A stretch of 64,000 nucleotides of DNA from Octopus vulgaris (GCA_951406725.2 OX597822.1:2666001-2730000), one strand, 5' to 3'. Positions 27,000-41,340 are shown, counted from the first letter of the stretch. A program made the numbers and translations. Notes: generated by a model not told the origin, from the sequence alone.

Positions 27000-27370
27000 A
27001 TATGGAACACGAAAGGCTGCCCAGGCAGATATCTTTTGGTAAACTGACTAGAGAGAAAAGGGCTCGTCACAAAAACTTGAAGCAGTTTAAGAATTTCATA
27101 AAAGACAACCTTAAAGTTTTGAAGATTGGTATGGATTTCGGGGAGACATTGGCTGAAAGCCGTAAATTATGGAGAGAAAGAGAGAGAGAGGCTAACAAAT
27201 ACATATGTGGATCTTTGAACAAAAGTGAATGGTGCATTCTGATTTGAAGTGTTCACACTGTAAGCGGGACCCGAGTGCAGTAGCTGCAGAAACCTAGCAG
27301 AAATTAAAATGCCTTGAGTGTGGAAGATTTCTTCTTCAGAGTGAGATTTTTAAGCCATTTCAAATCACGT
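27000..27370 (+). mobile_element. RTE/BovB-like LINE C-terminal fragment
   Basis: MEHERLPRQISFGKL...KQFKNFIKDNLK...ETLAESRKLWR resembles the RTE tail motif RM..RLPKQ..YGEL...R..WR. Confidence 0.65.
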
Positions 27371-27620
27371 GAGCCAGGGAAAACTCGAGCTACTTGCTTA
27401 GGTGATTCTATCACCAAATTGAAAGGGAAAGTAAGTGCCATACCTGTGGCGCTTCAGCAGAACGAATACTGAGCCTGAAATAATAATATTTGATCCTTTG
27501 ACTGAAGAATTTCTAATATATTTACATGTTTCTTCTTCATGTGCAATTTTGTAACTTCTGTTTGCAAACGAAACATGAGTAATGGAGAATAAATAATTTC
27601 CAAAACTTTTCCAATCAACA

Positions 27621-27691
<71 letters not shown>

Positions 27692-27736
27692 CGTGTGTGT
27701 GTGTATACACATATACATATATATATATATGCATGT

Positions 27737-28029
27737 GGAGGCGCAATGGCCCAGTGGTTAGGGCAGCGGACTGGCGGTCTTCGGATCGTGGTTTCGATTC
27801 CCAGAGTGTTTATTGAGCGAAAACACCTAAAGCTCCACGAGTCTCCGACAGGGGGTGGTGGTGAATCCTGCTGTGCTCTTTCGCCACAACTTTCTCTCAC
27901 TCTTTTCTCTGTTGGCCTGCTCGCTTAGCCAGCGGGATGGCATCATTTGAAGGCTAAAACAATGCGAAGAGCAATATGACCAACGATGTGTAGCAACATC
28001 TGATAGCCTGGTCGATCACGGTGATCACG

Positions 28030-28033
<4 letters not shown>
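27737..28033 (+). mobile_element. SINE-C (tRNA-derived)
   Basis: GGAGGCGCAATGGCCCAGTGGTTAGGGCAGCGG...GGTTTCGATTCCC (A and B boxes); homologues at 34390, 48327, 57692. Confidence 0.85.
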
Positions 28034-28107
<74 letters not shown>

Positions 28108-28501
28108 ACACACATATATATATATATATATGGAAAAGATTGGAAATTATCTTCCGACAAGAAAGTAAATTTGCCCCTCCATCCACTCCACAGCAGAGCT
28201 TATATTTTATTCACTGGTCCATTACAATATATTTTGACTGAAAACATAACCGGTAGTCATTGTTTCTTATATTTCGTCAATAATTCATTGTTTTTCTAAA
28301 TGACATCTGATCAGCGAGTATTTAAGTACCATTTTAACACTGTATCATATTTCCATCTGATCATCAAAATCTACTTTTTCCTCGTGCTATGGCGTTTAAT
28401 AATAAACTTAAACTGAAACAAATCTTCATAACAAGAAACAGTGATGTAACTACAACAACTAGTTTAGCAGCAACAACATCAACGACAGTTACGACGAAAG
28501 C

Positions 28502-28546
<45 letters not shown>

Positions 28547-28810
28547 GACCATCGAATAAAACTTACAGATATAATTATGTCGTCTAGCCAAACTATGAAA
28601 ATTCTGTCACGGAACTAATTTATGTATAATATGAAGGTAATGAATTAAGAAATAGGCGCGATATGAAGAGCAACACGAAATACAACGTATAGAAAAAGAC
28701 CAAGGACACTGTGTTTAACGTGCAGTAGAAAACATTTGACGTTTCGGAAGAGGGACTTTCTTCAAGTCAACAGGAGTGAAAATAGGGGGAATTGCTGCAA
28801 TAAAGGCAAC

Positions 28811-28868
<58 letters not shown>

Positions 28869-29431
28869 AATTAAACTTGAATGTCTCAGAACGTTGTATA
28901 CTGTGATTCTCATCTTGAGAGGATCTCTCGTGTGAATGCATTGTGCTGCTGGCAAACGAGAACCGTCTCTAAAGGCACCGGAGCTGCCTGATTACATGAT
29001 TTTGAAGTATTGCGTCGAATCAGTGAGAGGCGCCAGGTAGCCCGCATAATTGCGAAATCTTGCTTCCCAACTTTTCAAGCACTGATGTTGCAAATAGTCA
29101 GAAAGCTTATTAAAAATTAACTATAAATGACAGAAGCAGTATTGATATCGAACAGCAATCTTTATATCCAACTTAATGTAGATAATTTTGTTAGAACGCC
29201 GAATGTTGCGGTATTCGCCTTGTGAGACTATCTCATATGGAGGTATGGTGCATGAAAACACATATATCTATATCGTTGGCTGACGAGAATCGACTAGTAC
29301 AGGCGAGGGAACTGCCAGATCACATGATTGGACCTACTGCATCTCAAGGAAACTGTTTTTGTCCGAAGGTGCGACAGACTTCTCATATTCTTCCATGATT
29401 TTGCTATTCGTTATTATTGTTGCTGTAAAGT

Positions 29432-29620
29432 TGCACGCCGGGTGAAATGCCTATAGTATTTCGTCTGCCGCTAGGTTCTGTGTTCAAATTCCGCTGAGGT
29501 CGACTTTGCCTTTCATCCTTTCGGGGTCGATTAAATAAGTACCGGTTACGCACTGGGGTCGATGTAATCGACTTAATCCCCTCCCCAAAGCTGCCCTTGT
29601 GGCAAAAATTTGAAATCGTT
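29432..29620 (+). mobile_element. SINE-A-related copy with alternative tail
   Basis: GTTCAAATTCCGCTGAGGTCGACTTTGCCTTTCATCCTTTCGGGGTCG core. Confidence 0.8.
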
Positions 29621-29856
29621 ATTATTGTTGCAGTTGTTTTTGCTGCTGCTTCTGGTTTACAAGTTTAATTTATTGCTGAGATTATTTCGCTGAAATAGTT
29701 TTAAATCTGTTTTCACCTCCATTATTTCTTTTTTCTTACAATAATATCCCATTTGTATTTTTCGTATTTCATAAAAATAAAGTATAGAAACGCCTCTAAA
29801 AGAAGAGTGGAAAAGGATTTTTCTAATCTATATTCAATGTTTCCTAATGTATCATA

Positions 29857-30377
29857 CCGTAAATCAACGAGTATAATCCGCATTTTTTCCCTAAAATTTA
29901 AAGGTCAAAATCCCTAGTGCGTACTATATACGAGGTTAAAAATGAAAAATATCTTCTAAGCAATGTCCGAGTCTCTATTTGCTGTCCGGCAATATTTATT
30001 CAGACGCATTTTGTGATGTCGGGCTTGAAAATACCTTAAGCTAAGCCTGAAAGCAATGAAGTCATAAAAGAATCATCCATAACTTGCAGTAAGCAACATT
30101 TATTAAAATAAAAGTATTCAGAACACAAATTAACATATAACAAAACAATTTGCAAACATATTTACATTCCCATATAACAGTGAAGAACATCACCATTATT
30201 GTATTACACATGTGCGAGAGTGTTTGTTCGACTAGGTGCTGCTGGCTTAATTACGCACGACTCAAGTTAGAGAAGTGGTGCATATGATACACAAAGTTTA
30301 GGTTTTTCGGCGGTACAGCCCCCTAAAAATCTCCTGCGTATTATACTCAAGGGCGGACTATACTCGAGGATTTACGG
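29857..30377. mobile_element. Tc2/pogo-like MITE
   Basis: TIRs CCGTAAATCAACGAGTATAATCCGC / GCGGACTATACTCGAGGATTTACGG flanked by TA. Confidence 0.8.
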
Positions 30378-30610
30378 TATATATTACGAATATCAGGTTG
30401 AATGGGCCTTCAATTTGTTCAGCCAGTGAGAGAGATTTTGCCAACTGTTATTTAAACAATATGTAGACACGAGAAGTTGTACACCTTGTTACAAATCTGA
30501 ATGAAAGTAAAAGTTTTAAAATAATTTTTTGAGATTGTAAACTAAATGTTTAAAGATCAAGAAGCAGATAAACTGTATATGTCAGTAGAAGATTTGATAT
30601 AAGGGAGGGT

Positions 30611-31214
30611 GGCATGACTACAGATTCCTGCCCCCGTCCCGAATTTCGATGATCACAACAATCAGAAAAATAGATATACAAAACTTTTGGGGGAAAGTGT
30701 TTAGGAGGGGGTGGAATGGGTAATTTCGGAAAATTCACCGGTGTCTATTTCAATTCGTCTTAACTTTCAAGAAAATAGATATTTTTTAATGAAATTTTCT
30801 ACAAATATACCTCGGACTATGTAGATTGCGAGAACGTAGGAATTTGGGAGGAAAACAATTGGAGGTTACGTTTGAGAACCGTTCCCCACTCGGGGGTGTT
30901 TCGGAACAAGTCGTCCATATTTGTTTCATTTTCTCCATTTTGTGCGTTTATGCATCCGTAGATTTCTAGTCCTCACACACATTTATATGTAATTAAAAAA
31001 GTTCAAACGAAGAATTTTTCTATTCAATGTCTTTCTGTTAGAAACGTTTAGACCTTTAGCTGGTATTTTTAACATGACGAGCTTTCCGGTGACGAGTTTT
31101 CTGGTGACAGCTCCATTGCCTGCTGCTTCGGTAGAACTCTACGGATGCACAAACGCACAAAACGGTTATGATCATCTAAAGTCGGGGGTGGGAGCAGGAA
31201 TCTATAGTTATGCC
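30611..31214. mobile_element. Non-autonomous TIR element (possibly Merlin-like)
   Basis: TIRs GGCATGACTACAGATTCCTGC / GCAGGAATCTATAGTTATGCC; 8-bp flanks GGGAGGGT and GGAAAGGT match 6/8. Confidence 0.65.
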
Positions 31215-31544
31215 GGAAAGGTTACGTAGGGGGTAAGGAAAGAGAAGACAGAAAAGGGGTAAGAAGATTTGTTGGATAAAGGTCGATCGTTAGTTTGAAT
31301 TCAAAAAAATAGCTTAGCAGAGTTCAGGATATCATGTAGATGGGCCGAGTGTTACGGTACGCGTCTTGTAAAAATAAAGCTAAAACATCATCTGGAATTT
31401 ATCTGTAGAAAATGCTTAACATTCTAAACATGTGTTTGTGTTGTGTCTATCTAAGCGTAAGGGTGCGGTGGGTATGTTTAATTCTAGAATAATTACGAAA
31501 TCTAATTTTCGATTATAATTTCATCTCAGCTCTGTATATTAGAC

Positions 31545-31701
31545 TCAGGTGTGGTCGTGTGGTTACGAAGCTTCTTTAACAACTATGTGGTCTTCACTTC
31601 AGTCCCACTGTGACCCACTGTCACACTGTCTTCTACTATAGCCCCGGGCCGACCAAAGAATCCTAAGTGGATATAGTCAACGGAGACTGAAGGAAACCGT
31701 T

Positions 31702-31702
<1 letters not shown>
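31545..31702 (+). mobile_element. SINE-B 5' half, degenerate
   Basis: CAGGTGTGGTCGTGTGGTT...TTCAGTCCCACTG...TGTCTTCTACTATAGCC. Confidence 0.7.
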
Positions 31703-31765
<63 letters not shown>

Positions 31766-31787
31766 AGACCAAAGTGTACATACACCG

Positions 31788-31837
<50 letters not shown>

Positions 31838-32020
31838 TCTAATGCCAAATATGCCGAAAATAGACACTTCGTCAATAACCATATTTTCGGCATATTTGGC
31901 ATTAATTTTTTTTTTCTTTTGCCCTTGTTTATAAGTTGTTTATAAATTTAACCTTTAAAGGTATTTTTTAATATGCTGGCCATTGATAGAATTTTTTTCG
32001 AAAAATTTTATTCTATATTA

Positions 32021-32073
<53 letters not shown>

Positions 32074-32074
32074 C

Positions 32075-32275
32075 AAAATGGGACAAGAACGCAAAACATC
32101 CCGACAATTAGGTGATACAAAAAAAGGACATCAAAACATCCAGATAGACGATACAAAGAAAACATTCGGAGTTTTCCTTCCTCAGTCGAGTTCAAGATAA
32201 TATTTGCAATTTCGGCTGGTTATACTCGAGATTGCTCCAATCTGGCCAACCCCAAGGAAAAACTAACTAAGAGCA
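32075..32275 (-). mobile_element. Interspersed repeat with hammerhead-like box (family of 18040-18360)
   Basis: Minus strand CTGAGGA-A-GGA-AAAC-TCC-GAAT; flanked by (TA)n. Confidence 0.5.
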
Positions 32276-32277
32276 TG

Positions 32278-32352
<75 letters not shown>

Positions 32353-33224
32353 TGTGTTTGTATGTATGTATGCTTGCATGTATGTATGTATGTATGTCCT
32401 TTCAATGACTGTCTCTACATCCTCCTTAAAAAATAACTTTTTATCCTATCTTATATTCACTCACTCTTTTACAACTTTACGTTCGTTTTTTATCGATTTT
32501 TTTAATTGTTTTTTCCGACGTAATTGTTTTTTATCCTTTTATTTTATTTTATCAGTTTATTATCTCCTTTTACCTTATTTGTATTAATTTCTATTTTATC
32601 TTTTTAATATTTATTTTTCATCTTGTATCTGTTATTTTTTGTTTATTAAATTTTTGTTTTTTCATCTTGTATTTTTCACCCTTTTATCTATTTTATCTTA
32701 TTTTATTCTATTTTATTTTATTTTATATACACACGCACACATACATACAGACACGTATATACACGCACACACACGCATGCGACAACATGCACACACAGAG
32801 GAACGCACATATACCTCCACACACACAACCCCATGCACACACACGCATGCCAACACGCACCTACAGATAAACACGCACACGTACACATGCACACACACAC
32901 ATAAACATACGCAGTCACACATGCATGCACACACACATGAACGACATATACCACCCACGCACACACAACACACACACAACAAACACTTACATACATGCGC
33001 ATGCAGATATGTACATACACACACACATGCATAAACACAGGCATATACACGCACACACACGCACACACACATACAACCCCACGCTCACAACACACACGCA
33101 CATACACACACACGCGCACAAACATGAACGCACATATACCTCCTACACACACATCACACACAACTCACACATACGTGCACACACAGACACACTCGTACAT
33201 ACACGCACACACACACATATACAC

Positions 33225-33400
33225 TTCGCCATTTCTTTCCTCCGTCTTGCTTTTCTCTTGGACTTTCGTCGGTCTCCGGTTTCTGAAGAAGAGCTTTGCT
33301 CGAAACATAAAACACTCTTTCTTTCCTTCCCTGGGCGTCTTTTAATACTTTGCATGTACCACGTTCTCACGGTGTTGCTTTTCTCTTGTGTTTGTATCTT
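33225..33400 (+). mobile_element. Short Penelope-type element with minimal hammerhead motif (family H2)
   Basis: GTTT-CTGAAGA-AGAGCTTTGCTC-GAAACATA-AAAC at 33279-33313. Confidence 0.62.
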
Positions 33401-33481
33401 TTTCTATAGCCTCGGGCCGATCAAAGCCTTCTGAGTGGATTTGATAGACGGAAACTGAAAGAAGCCCGTCGTATATATATG

Positions 33482-33525
<44 letters not shown>

Positions 33526-33526
33526 A

Positions 33527-33858
33527 AGGCACATGGCTAAGAGGTTAGAGCCTCGAGCATACAATCGTGAGGTGGTAAGTTCGAATCCCAGACTGGGCTG
33601 CGTGTTGTGTTCTTGGGCAAGACACTTTATTTCACGTTGCTCCAGCTCACTCATCTGTAGAAATGAGTTGCGACCTCACAGGTACCAAGGTGTATCGGCC
33701 CCTTTGCCTTTCCCTTGGATAACACTGGTGGCGTGGAGAGGGGAGGTCGGTATGCATGGGCGACTGCTGGCCTTCCATAAACAACCTTGCCCAGACTTGT
33801 GCTTGGGAGGGAAAATTTCGAGGTGCAATCCTATGGTCAGTTATGATCGAAGGGTGTC
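33527..33858 (+). mobile_element. tRNA-derived SINE-D nested in a SINE-B
   Basis: GGCACATGGCTAAGAGGTTAGAGC...AAGTTCGAATCCC; SINE-B pieces at 33403-33472 and 33915-34105 on either side. Confidence 0.7.
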
Positions 33859-33914
33859 TCAGCATATATATGTGTGTGTGTGTGTGCGTGTGTGTATTTG
33901 TGTGTGTTTGTAGC

Positions 33915-34330
33915 CCCCACCATCGATTGGCACCGATGTTGGTGAGTTTACGTCCCTGTAACTTACTGGTTCGGCAAAACAGACCGATAGAATAAGTACT
34001 AGGCTTATAAAGAATAAGTCCTGGTGAGTTGATTTGTTCGACTAAAGGCAGTGCTCCAGCATGGCCACATTCAAATGACTGAAACTAGTAAAAGAATAAA
34101 AGAATTTGACTTTGAATCAGAAGGTTGTGAGTTCGGGTCTCGTCGTCGTCACAGTGCTCGTAGGCGCTGGCATCACTGTTTGGTAAGAATTTTCGTTGCC
34201 AACCACATGGTCCTGCGTTCTGTGTCAATGCGTGGCAACCAACTTTCGGTGAGTGTTTTCTACTATAGCCTTGGGTTGGCCAAAGCCCTGCGAGTGGATT
34301 AGATAGACGGTAACTGAAAGGAGCACGTGG
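33915..34330 (+). mobile_element. SINE-B 3' half followed by a degenerate SINE-B 5' half
   Basis: GACCGATAGAATAAGTACT...CCAGCATGGCCACATTCAAATGACTGAAACTAG tail; AACCACATGGTCC...CTACTATAGCC. Confidence 0.75.
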
Positions 34331-34389
34331 GCATATATGCATATGTGTTTTTGTGAGGGTATATATATATATATATATATATAACGATA

Positions 34390-34762
34390 AACGTCGCCCT
34401 TTTCAAGCCTAGCCAGGCTCACGGGCCCGGTTTCCCGGTTTCTGTGGCGTATGTGTTCCCCACAGCTGGACGGAGTGCCAGTCCATCGCAGCGTTACTCA
34501 AGAAACAGGAAGAGAGAGGGAGAGAACTTTGGGGCGAAAGAGTACAACAGGGGTCACCACAACCCCCTGCTGGAGCCTCGTGGGGCTTCTAATGTGTTTT
34601 CGCTCAATAAACACACACAATGCCCGGTCTGGGAATCGAAACCGCGATCCTCCGACGAGGCTCCGGCAGGGGGTGGTGGTGACCCCTGTTGTACTCTTTC
34701 GGCGCAACTTCCTCACACTCTCTCTTCGTGTTTCCTGCCCTAACCACTGGACCATTACGCCT

Positions 34763-34765
<3 letters not shown>
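34390..34765 (-). mobile_element. SINE-C with internal inverted duplication
   Basis: Homologous to 48327-48636; 34655-34735 is the reverse complement of 34505-34582. Confidence 0.8.
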
Positions 34766-34859
<94 letters not shown>

Positions 34860-34903
34860 TATATATATATACATATGTGTGTGTGTATATATATATGTAT
34901 ATA

Positions 34904-34960
<57 letters not shown>

Positions 34961-35044
34961 ATATATATGTGTGTGCGTGCGTATAATTATGTATTTATGT
35001 ATATACCTATGCGCATGTCTCTGTGTTATGTTTGTCTTCCATCA

Positions 35045-35215
35045 CTGCTGCTTGACAACCGGTGTTAGTTTGATTATATCTCCAACAGTTAGAGTTTCTG
35101 CAAAATGAAAAGAAACGCATGAAATAAGTACCTGACTTTGTTTGGCTAAAAATATTTAAAGGCAGTGCCCCAGCATGGCCACAGTCCAATTTCTGAAAGA
35201 AGTAAAAGATAAACC
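35045..35215 (+). mobile_element. SINE-B 3' half, degenerate
   Basis: GCTTGACAACCGGTGTT...GGCAGTGCCCCAGCATGGCCACAG. Confidence 0.7.
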
Positions 35216-35599
35216 ATAAAAAAATATCGAAAGAATAAGGTGAAAACATGGCGTATAAATGAAAACTATAAGTATTCTACGATCGTGTTTGTTACCACAA
35301 ACGTTTGAATTAGTAACAGCCGTTACGTATCTTGAATACATAATGCAAATTTCAATGTAAAAAATATGGATACTAGCTTTAATTAGTTTAAAACTGTGAA
35401 AACCATTGCTTATAATACACGTCCTATAAGAGAACAGAATGGAGGTGACATTACCACTGCTACAGAGACGCAGGAAGTAAGGCTAAAGAGCAATATATAA
35501 TGGCGTTTAAAATGCGTATAAAACGCGATTATGGAAAGCTGAATGCACAGAAATTAACTATATATAAAATTGTATATAAATTGTAAAAAATCACCAAAA

Positions 35600-35663
<64 letters not shown>

Positions 35664-36414
35664 TATATGCATGTTGATTCTGTTGAGTGAGATATAAAAT
35701 TTGGCTAAGCGTAATGAGGGATGCAAATAGGCTAATAAATATAAATATCTAAAGAGGAGAGAAATCTATTTAAATATATACAAGGGATGATGGTTTGGTG
35801 AAAAAGTAATATAATGAACATGTGCGTTTACAGATGTATATGTGTGTGAGTATATATATATTTAATGCGTGTGTGTGTGTGTGTGTGTGTGATTCTGCGT
35901 GTGTATGTGTATATATGTGTGCATACACTTTTATGTGGTATTGGTGTATAAAACCGTTATTCTCCTTTGGCTAGTTACAGAAATGGACGGGAGAAGAAAA
36001 TTGGTTCCTTTGTCAACCAGAGTGGGCCTGGTGCGCTGAAACACTGACCTGGGAACAAAATACCGACCCAGGTTCAAATCCCAGTGGAGACGGAGGAAAG
36101 CAGCTAGAGTCATGACCTGGGTGGGCTCGGCTCCTGTAGAGTATCAGGTATAAGAGCCCAAACACTTGTCGGAGGGGAGTTCTTCGACTGAAGATGTTTC
36201 CTGCTGCGTGGTGCTCGCCTTGCGGCGTGTTTCTCTTATATGTGTGTATGGGGGGGGTGTGCCTCTAAGTGTGTGTATTGGTGTATAAAAACGTTTCCTC
36301 TCCATTCGTAATATTAACTTACTTTAAATTTACTATATGCAATATCAAGAAGACAGATATTTTCAAAGCAATGAACGAACACACACACACACATGTACAC
36401 ATATATACATGCAC

Positions 36415-36478
<64 letters not shown>

Positions 36479-36509
36479 GTAATTATACATATATATAATA
36501 CACCGCATA

Positions 36510-36558
<49 letters not shown>

Positions 36559-36585
36559 TTATTATTATTATTATTAGTAGTAGTA

Positions 36586-36649
<64 letters not shown>

Positions 36650-36997
36650 CAGCAGTAGTAGTAGACGTGAGAGGAAGATGAGGAGGTAGAAGAGAAAGAA
36701 GAGGAGGTGGAGGAGCAGCAGCAGCAGCAGTAGCAGCACTAGGAGAAGAAGCTAGTTTTCTTATGTATTAATAGATATAGCATTGGCACAAAGCCATATA
36801 TAATAAGGGAAACAGTGTTTGTACAGCAGAATGAATTAATTACCCCAGTATATGACTAGTACTGGCGTTATTCATGACACAGTCATGTCATATGAAGTCG
36901 ATCCCTTCTTCTCTCGAGATTTGAACTCAGATCAGGACGTAAAAGGAGGTAGCTAAACACTCAAAGGCAAACAATATTTCTACTCCTAAGACGCCTC

Positions 36998-37400
36998 TTT
37001 TACTCTTTTACTTGTTTCAGTCATTTGACTGCGGCCATGCTGGAGCATCGCCTTCAGTCGAGCAAATCGACCCCAGGACTTATACTTTGTAAGCCTAGTA
37101 CTTATTCTATCGGTCTCTTTGCCGAACCGCTAAGTTACGGTGACGTAAACACACCAGCATCGGTTGTTAAGCGATGTTAGAGGGACAAACACAGACACAC
37201 AAACATATACACACACATACACATTTATATACACATATATACGATGGGCTTTTAGTTTCCATCTACCAAATCCACTCACAAGGCTTTGGTCAGCCCGAGG
37301 CTATAGTAGAAGACACTTGCCTAAGGTGCCACGCGGTGGGACTGAACCCAGAACCATGTAGTTGGTGGTAAGCTACTTACCATACAGCCAGTCCTGTGCC
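36998..37400 (-). mobile_element. SINE-B, full length
   Basis: Colinear with 21405-21795. Confidence 0.88.
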
Positions 37401-37574
37401 TATATCATTATTATATATATTATTACTTTTTAATCACTTAAATTCTCCTGATTTATCTATGTCACTTCTCAACTCCACCCCGCAGCATATCTTGAATATG
37501 ATAATGATGATGACGACGACGACGACGACGATGACGATGACGATGACGATGATGATGATGATGATAGACAGGAA

Positions 37575-38520
37575 AATCCGTTAGCTGCTGACTTGCAGTA
37601 AGATGCATCACCCAAAGGCAGACGCAAAGTTAAAACTAATTACTTAGAGTATATATCTCATTGTTTAAAGTATATGTCCTATAAGCTAATAATGACATTG
37701 CTGCTGTCACACTTTCCTCAACGCAAGAGCTGTTCCAAGTATTACTGTCAACTGAATACTTCGTAAAGAATTTTGTGTTTTGCAGTTTTTGTTGCAAATG
37801 CCCTTGCTCTCCTTGAGATGGTTCCAAGGGTACCGATCTCAATAGGTACCACATACACTTCCGAAGTTCCATGGATTCTTTTCACTTCCAATCTTAGATC
37901 TTTATACTTCCCGACTTGCTTGTCCTCAGTATTTACAATATTCCCGTCTGCAGGTATAGCTACATTGCTGGAAGTCCGTTCTTCGGATTCCTTCAGTAGG
38001 AAAGTGTTATCTGGTCCGTTACGTTGCATTATTGCGTGATTGTCCTGCACTAGTGAGCGTATATTTGTGTCGTGAGTATGTCCATTTTTTAAACTTTTGG
38101 TTTGGTTTATATTGCTTTCTTGAAATGCACTCCATAATATATATACATGCTGTACTTAGCAAAGCTATTTTCTGTATGGTATGCATATTTGTAAGATTGA
38201 GGTTATGCTTATGAAATTTCTCTGCATATTTTTGGTCATTTGCAAAGGAAATCTCTCTTACTGTAAGGCCTGTTCCGCTTTTCAGGTCACATATTCGCGG
38301 GTATCTTTATGTCTTCATTTCGTTTTGTGATATATTACCATCCGTTGGGACCGATCTGTCAATAAGAAGATACTTAATTTTTTGTCACTGCTGATACTGA
38401 TTTCTGGTCGGTTAGCTTTGATATCTTTGCGTGAATATTTGTATATCCCAGAGAATGGTTGCTTTTTCCTTCCAGAATGTTTTTCTGGTGTATGCTTAGA
38501 GAATTTTGTTTCCATTGATA
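37575..38520 (-). mobile_element. Degenerate R4/Dong-like LINE fragments (restriction-like endonuclease region)
   Basis: VAIPADGNIV...KVGKYKDL...VVPIEIGTLG-like segment (37748-38050) and KANRPEI (38315-38515); short plus-strand LLTCSKMHHPKAD at ~37583-37623. Confidence 0.55.
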
Positions 38521-38639
38521 ATCCCTAAAATTTGCAAACCTTTATTCCATCTGCTCTCTTCTGTATTTACTGACTCTTGAGCTAATTTTGTGGAAACTAG
38601 ACACGCTTAGTGGTATCACGAAACTTTATTTGATGTGAA

Positions 38640-39038
38640 AGACATCGACGTGATCTGCATCGTTCTAAGGGTCTACAGGCGGTCACAGGGATCAAAATCA
38701 AACAGGATAAGTTGGCGAGTCTGCAGCCTATCACCTAGAGAAGCAAATACATGACATCCAACAGCGTTGTGGGGCACTGGACAGACGGACGGGCTAAATT
38801 GCGCGGCAGATTGTTTGACCAAGATAACCAAAGCAAGAAGAATTGACTGGATATCTGCAAGGTGGCCGCTCTCAACCAGAAATGGGTCGACGGGTAGTTA
38901 TCCCTAAACAGTCGGACAGAGACGACGAGCACATACGTCGTCTCCGTTATCTAAACCTGTATGGCCGTTGTGCTTTGCTCCAGTTCACGTCTCACTGCAC
39001 TTGTGCGCCTGTCCTTTTGCTGTTATATATGAAGGGCT
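38640..39038 (+). mobile_element. Old degenerate Tx1 ORF2 fragment
   Basis: AVTGIKIKQDKLASLQ...MTSNSVVGHWTDG aligns with array ORF2 AVAGAKVNKDKSVGLQ...MPSNNVVGRWTEG; stops and frameshifts. Confidence 0.75.
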
Positions 39039-39251
39039 CATGATGATGAGGAGGAGGAGGAGGATGGTGGTGGTGGTGGTGGTGGTGGTGGTGGTGGTGG
39101 TGGTGGTGGTGGTGGTGGTGGTGGTGGTGGTGATGATGATGATGATGATGATGACGATGATGATGGTGGTGATGATGATGATGATGAATTTGCGGGCGGA
39201 CAGGGGGTAACTTGATCATATCAACTCCAGTGCGTAATTGGTACTTGATTT

Positions 39252-39364
<113 letters not shown>

Positions 39365-39405
39365 TATATGTATATATATATACACACACACATATATATG
39401 TATGC

Positions 39406-39436
<31 letters not shown>

Positions 39437-39790
39437 TATATGGAGCGGTGGTGAAAGGCGAAGAGGGTGTTTTGGAATGAGAAGGGGAGAAGCTAGAAAT
39501 TATACGAAGTTTATGTGTTCAGTATCCAGTGTTAAGCGGCAGAAGAAAGTAGGTAATGGCGGCTATATTTATCCAACATCCTCATCTGGTTTCCATAATT
39601 GCTACACTTTCGTCTATTAATACCTCACTGCTGTACATTGTGTACATACACGCATACACACATGCATACATGCATATATATATGTGCGTGTGTATGTGGG
39701 TCTATATACACAAACATGTACACACAAACATATATATATATATACATATATACATATATAACACACTTTTATATACACACATGTCTATGC

Positions 39791-39848
<58 letters not shown>

Positions 39849-39926
39849 ATATAGACACATACACACATTTGCATATGTTTATAACATATATGCATATATA
39901 TATTCAATATATCTATATTATATATA

Positions 39927-39989
<63 letters not shown>

Positions 39990-40103
39990 ATTCATACACA
40001 TACGCTTGCATACGCGCATGTGTATGTATACACGCACACATATGTGTATGCGTACATTACATATACACATATATATGTATATACATATATATATATATAT
40101 GTA

Positions 40104-40143
<40 letters not shown>

Positions 40144-40550
40144 TGTATGTATTTATATATATATACTGCAAAAACATATATAAACGTGTGTGAACTAGGT
40201 GCGTGTATAAACGTACACATGTACACACCACGCATTCGCACATACACACGTACACAGACATGAACTCACACACAATCACATAAAGATATATATACATATG
40301 TATACCATCCATATATGAACTGTGTAAGCACATGATAAACGATCACAAACATACATACATACATACACTCATAGGTACATATATACATATATAAGTGCAT
40401 GCATGTAGGCATATATGTATCCATATATGCATCCAGATGCTTATATGCTTAAGTACATATGTATGTGTGTATAAATATATGCATACCGCACATATGCATG
40501 CACACACATACACATACACACACATGGTATACACGCATACACATAGATAC

Positions 40551-40607
<57 letters not shown>

Positions 40608-40639
40608 CGCACACGCACGCATACAAACGCATACAGATA

Positions 40640-40677
<38 letters not shown>

Positions 40678-41103
40678 CATACATGCATACATACATACAT
40701 ACATACATGCGTACATATATACATACATACACACACACATAAATACATACATACATACATACACACACACACAAATACATACATACATGCGTACATACAT
40801 ACATACATACATACATACGTACACACATACACCCGTATGTGCGCGCGAAGAAACATGTCAAACTGAAAGAGAAAAAAAATTGGAGAAATATAAATAGAGA
40901 TAAAGAAGCAATTGAGATAGAAACTGGAGCGAAGCCAAAGCATGAGGCCAGCCTAACACCATAGAAGATTGGGTTGGGGGGAGGGGGGAGTAAATGGCAC
41001 TGGTGGTGGTGGTGGCGGTGGTGAGGGGGGGAGATGGCGGAGGAGAGACAGATTTGGGCTGGCCTCATTTGATTGTATCATTTCCATCGTCAAAAACATT
41101 GCA

Positions 41104-41303
41104 ATCATCATCGTCATCATTCAGCATCATCATCGTCATCATCATCCTCATCTTCATCATCATCATCATCTTCGTTTTCATCATCATCATCATCATCCTC
41201 ATCATCATCATCATCATCATCATCACCATCATCATCATCGTTATCATCATCATCATCATCATCATCTTTATCATCATCAACATCATCATCATCATCATCA
41301 TCG

Positions 41304-41340
<37 letters not shown>

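Noticed and set aside
27737-27805. tRNA genes at A/B-box sequences (also 33527, 58198)
   Set aside because: They continue into SINE bodies; no complete cloverleaf followed by a terminator is evident.
28880-29110. GC-richer stretch that looks coding
   Set aside because: Interrupted frames and no motif I can assign.
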